From Candidatus Scalinduaceae bacterium (GTDB lineage: Bacteria; Planctomycetota; Brocadiia; Brocadiales; Scalinduaceae): 64,000 nt of DNA. Where the stretch lies: contig JBHICG010000005.1 of assembly GCA_046759445.1 (NCBI GenBank), positions 1-64,000 on the forward strand, read 5' to 3'. How positions within the stretch are numbered: the stretch's first letter is position 1; every line of letters starts with the position of its first letter. Below, in pieces: positions 62,900 to 64,000 of the stretch. The notes under the pieces were generated by a model that had not been told where the DNA came from, did not search any database, and saw nothing but the letters and a program-made list of their open reading frames with translations. Position numbers and translations under genes: made by a program.

Positions 62900-64000
62900 A
62901 TGAAACCGTATAAGCGATATATCCTGATATCTTTGTTGGTTATGCTCATACTTGTGATTGTCCTTCCGTGCTCGTTGGTCGTTCTTGTTCTTGAACGCAA
63001 ACCAGTTGTCACAAGTGTTCAAACGATCAATACTGATGACGCAGTCAGAACCCGCGCATTAGTAAAGAAGCTTATTCGTGATTTACAAAACAGCAAAGAC
63101 CAACCTCTCACCATTTCAGCTACCGAAGATGATATTAACGGTGTATTCTCATTCACTCACCGATCAGTACCAGGAATAACCGGCAATGTCCTGATTACGC
63201 CTGAACTATTCGAAATGTTAGTAGCCATAAAAATCCCCCATAACCCGGTTGGTGACTACATGAATGTCAGTTTCAACATTGAGCCGTCTGCCTCAGGGCT
63301 TCGAATAGTTAGGGCATCGCTAGGCAGAATTTCTATTCCAGGTTCAATCGCACGATATCTTATTGCTTTTTTCCTTGATCTGACGTTTGGTTATAATCAA
63401 GGGGGATTCCTTCTGGCTTCTATAGATTCAGTCGTTCTCACAGATACCAGTATAAGCGTTCATATGAAGCCGATTCCAGATTTGAAACAGCATGAACAAG
63501 AGATGAGGAAGCGTTTCAAATATGTCAGGGATGAAGTAGCCATCATGGGAAAACCAGAGACCGTCCGAGTCTATTACGCTAAACTAAAAGAACTCTCGGA
63601 AAAAGTGCCCACTAACGAACCTGTCTCACTGACCTGTTTTATTGGCCCGCTGTTTAAGTTTGCGCGGGACAGAGGGGGCGACCCGGCTGATGAAAATCGC
63701 GCAGCCATACTGGCACTTGGCATATACTTCGGCCACTGGCGAGTTGAGCAGATGATTGGACACGTACGAATCGGTGAGATGAAAATGCACCGTCGTCAAA
63801 CAAATAATGTAGTTCTTGCCGGTCGTGTTGATCTCAGGCTACATTTCATCTTATCTGCCGTACTTGAGATTGCATCCAAAAGGGGTATCACCCATGCCAT
63901 TGGAGAATTTAAGGAACTTCTGGATGCTGGGCATGGGGGAAGTGGTTTCAGTTTCGTAGACCTTGCCGCAGACCGGGCTGGTGTTAGGTTTGCCGAAACG
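62900..64000 (+). CDS. Hypothetical membrane-anchored protein (partial, runs off the window end)
   Basis: Open frame from ATG 62900 to the window end; N-terminal TM; GRVDLRLHF..SA, GEFKELLD, GSGFSFVDLAADRAG motif. Confidence 0.8.
   Translation, partial: MKPYKRYILISLLVMLILVIVLPCSLVVLVLERKPVVTSVQTINTDDAVRTRALVKKLIRDLQNSKDQPLTISATEDDINGVFSFTHRSVPGITGNVLITPELFEMLVAIKIPHNPVGDYMNVSFNIEPSASGLRIVRASLGRISIPGSIARYLIAFFLDLTFGYNQGGFLLASIDSVVLTDTSISVHMKPIPDLKQHEQEMRKRFKYVRDEVAIMGKPETVRVYYAKLKELSEKVPTNEPVSLTCFIGPLFKFARDRGGDPADENRAAILALGIYFGHWRVEQMIGHVRIGEMKMHRRQTNNVVLAGRVDLRLHFILSAVLEIASKRGITHAIGEFKELLDAGHGGSGFSFVDLAADRAGVRFAET

Overview
A 64-kb AT-rich bacterial chromosome segment, most likely from an anammox planctomycete (Brocadiales, Scalindua-like). 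That assignment is an inference from the gene content, the Zn-ribbon SpoVG and the short 5S rRNA. The window opens inside a 23S rRNA gene followed by 5S. About 30 kb of housekeeping genes follow: fur, rpmB, gatCAB, proB, pyrF, trpG/pabA, nusA-infB-DUF503-rbfA-hisG, yebC, ftsH, tRNA-Pro, gpsA, glyA, prfB with its programmed frameshift, rsmD, ispE, spoVG, ilvB, rsmE and manC. From about 32.6 kb the window is more accessory: an NnrS/DUF1858 protein, TPR, PilZ plus MerR-like HTH, a tyrosine phosphatase, an FDH-alpha-like molybdoprotein plus lpdA, a di-heme peroxidase, arcE-like plus arcC, era, a RAYT transposase with REPs, a heterodimeric ABC exporter, and MITE-like elements. Highlights: (1) a Bd0055-type bacterial histone gene between gatB and proB; (2) an arginine synthetase (ArcE)-carbamate kinase pair; (3) a PilZ plus BldC/Xis-like HTH module bracketed by phased 10-bp-period repeat arrays; (4) a RAYT with eight covarying REP hairpins; (5) an FDH-like enzyme lacking the catalytic Arg; (6) a decayed second yebC copy. 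All protein assignments come from motif recognition by eye; no database searches were run.
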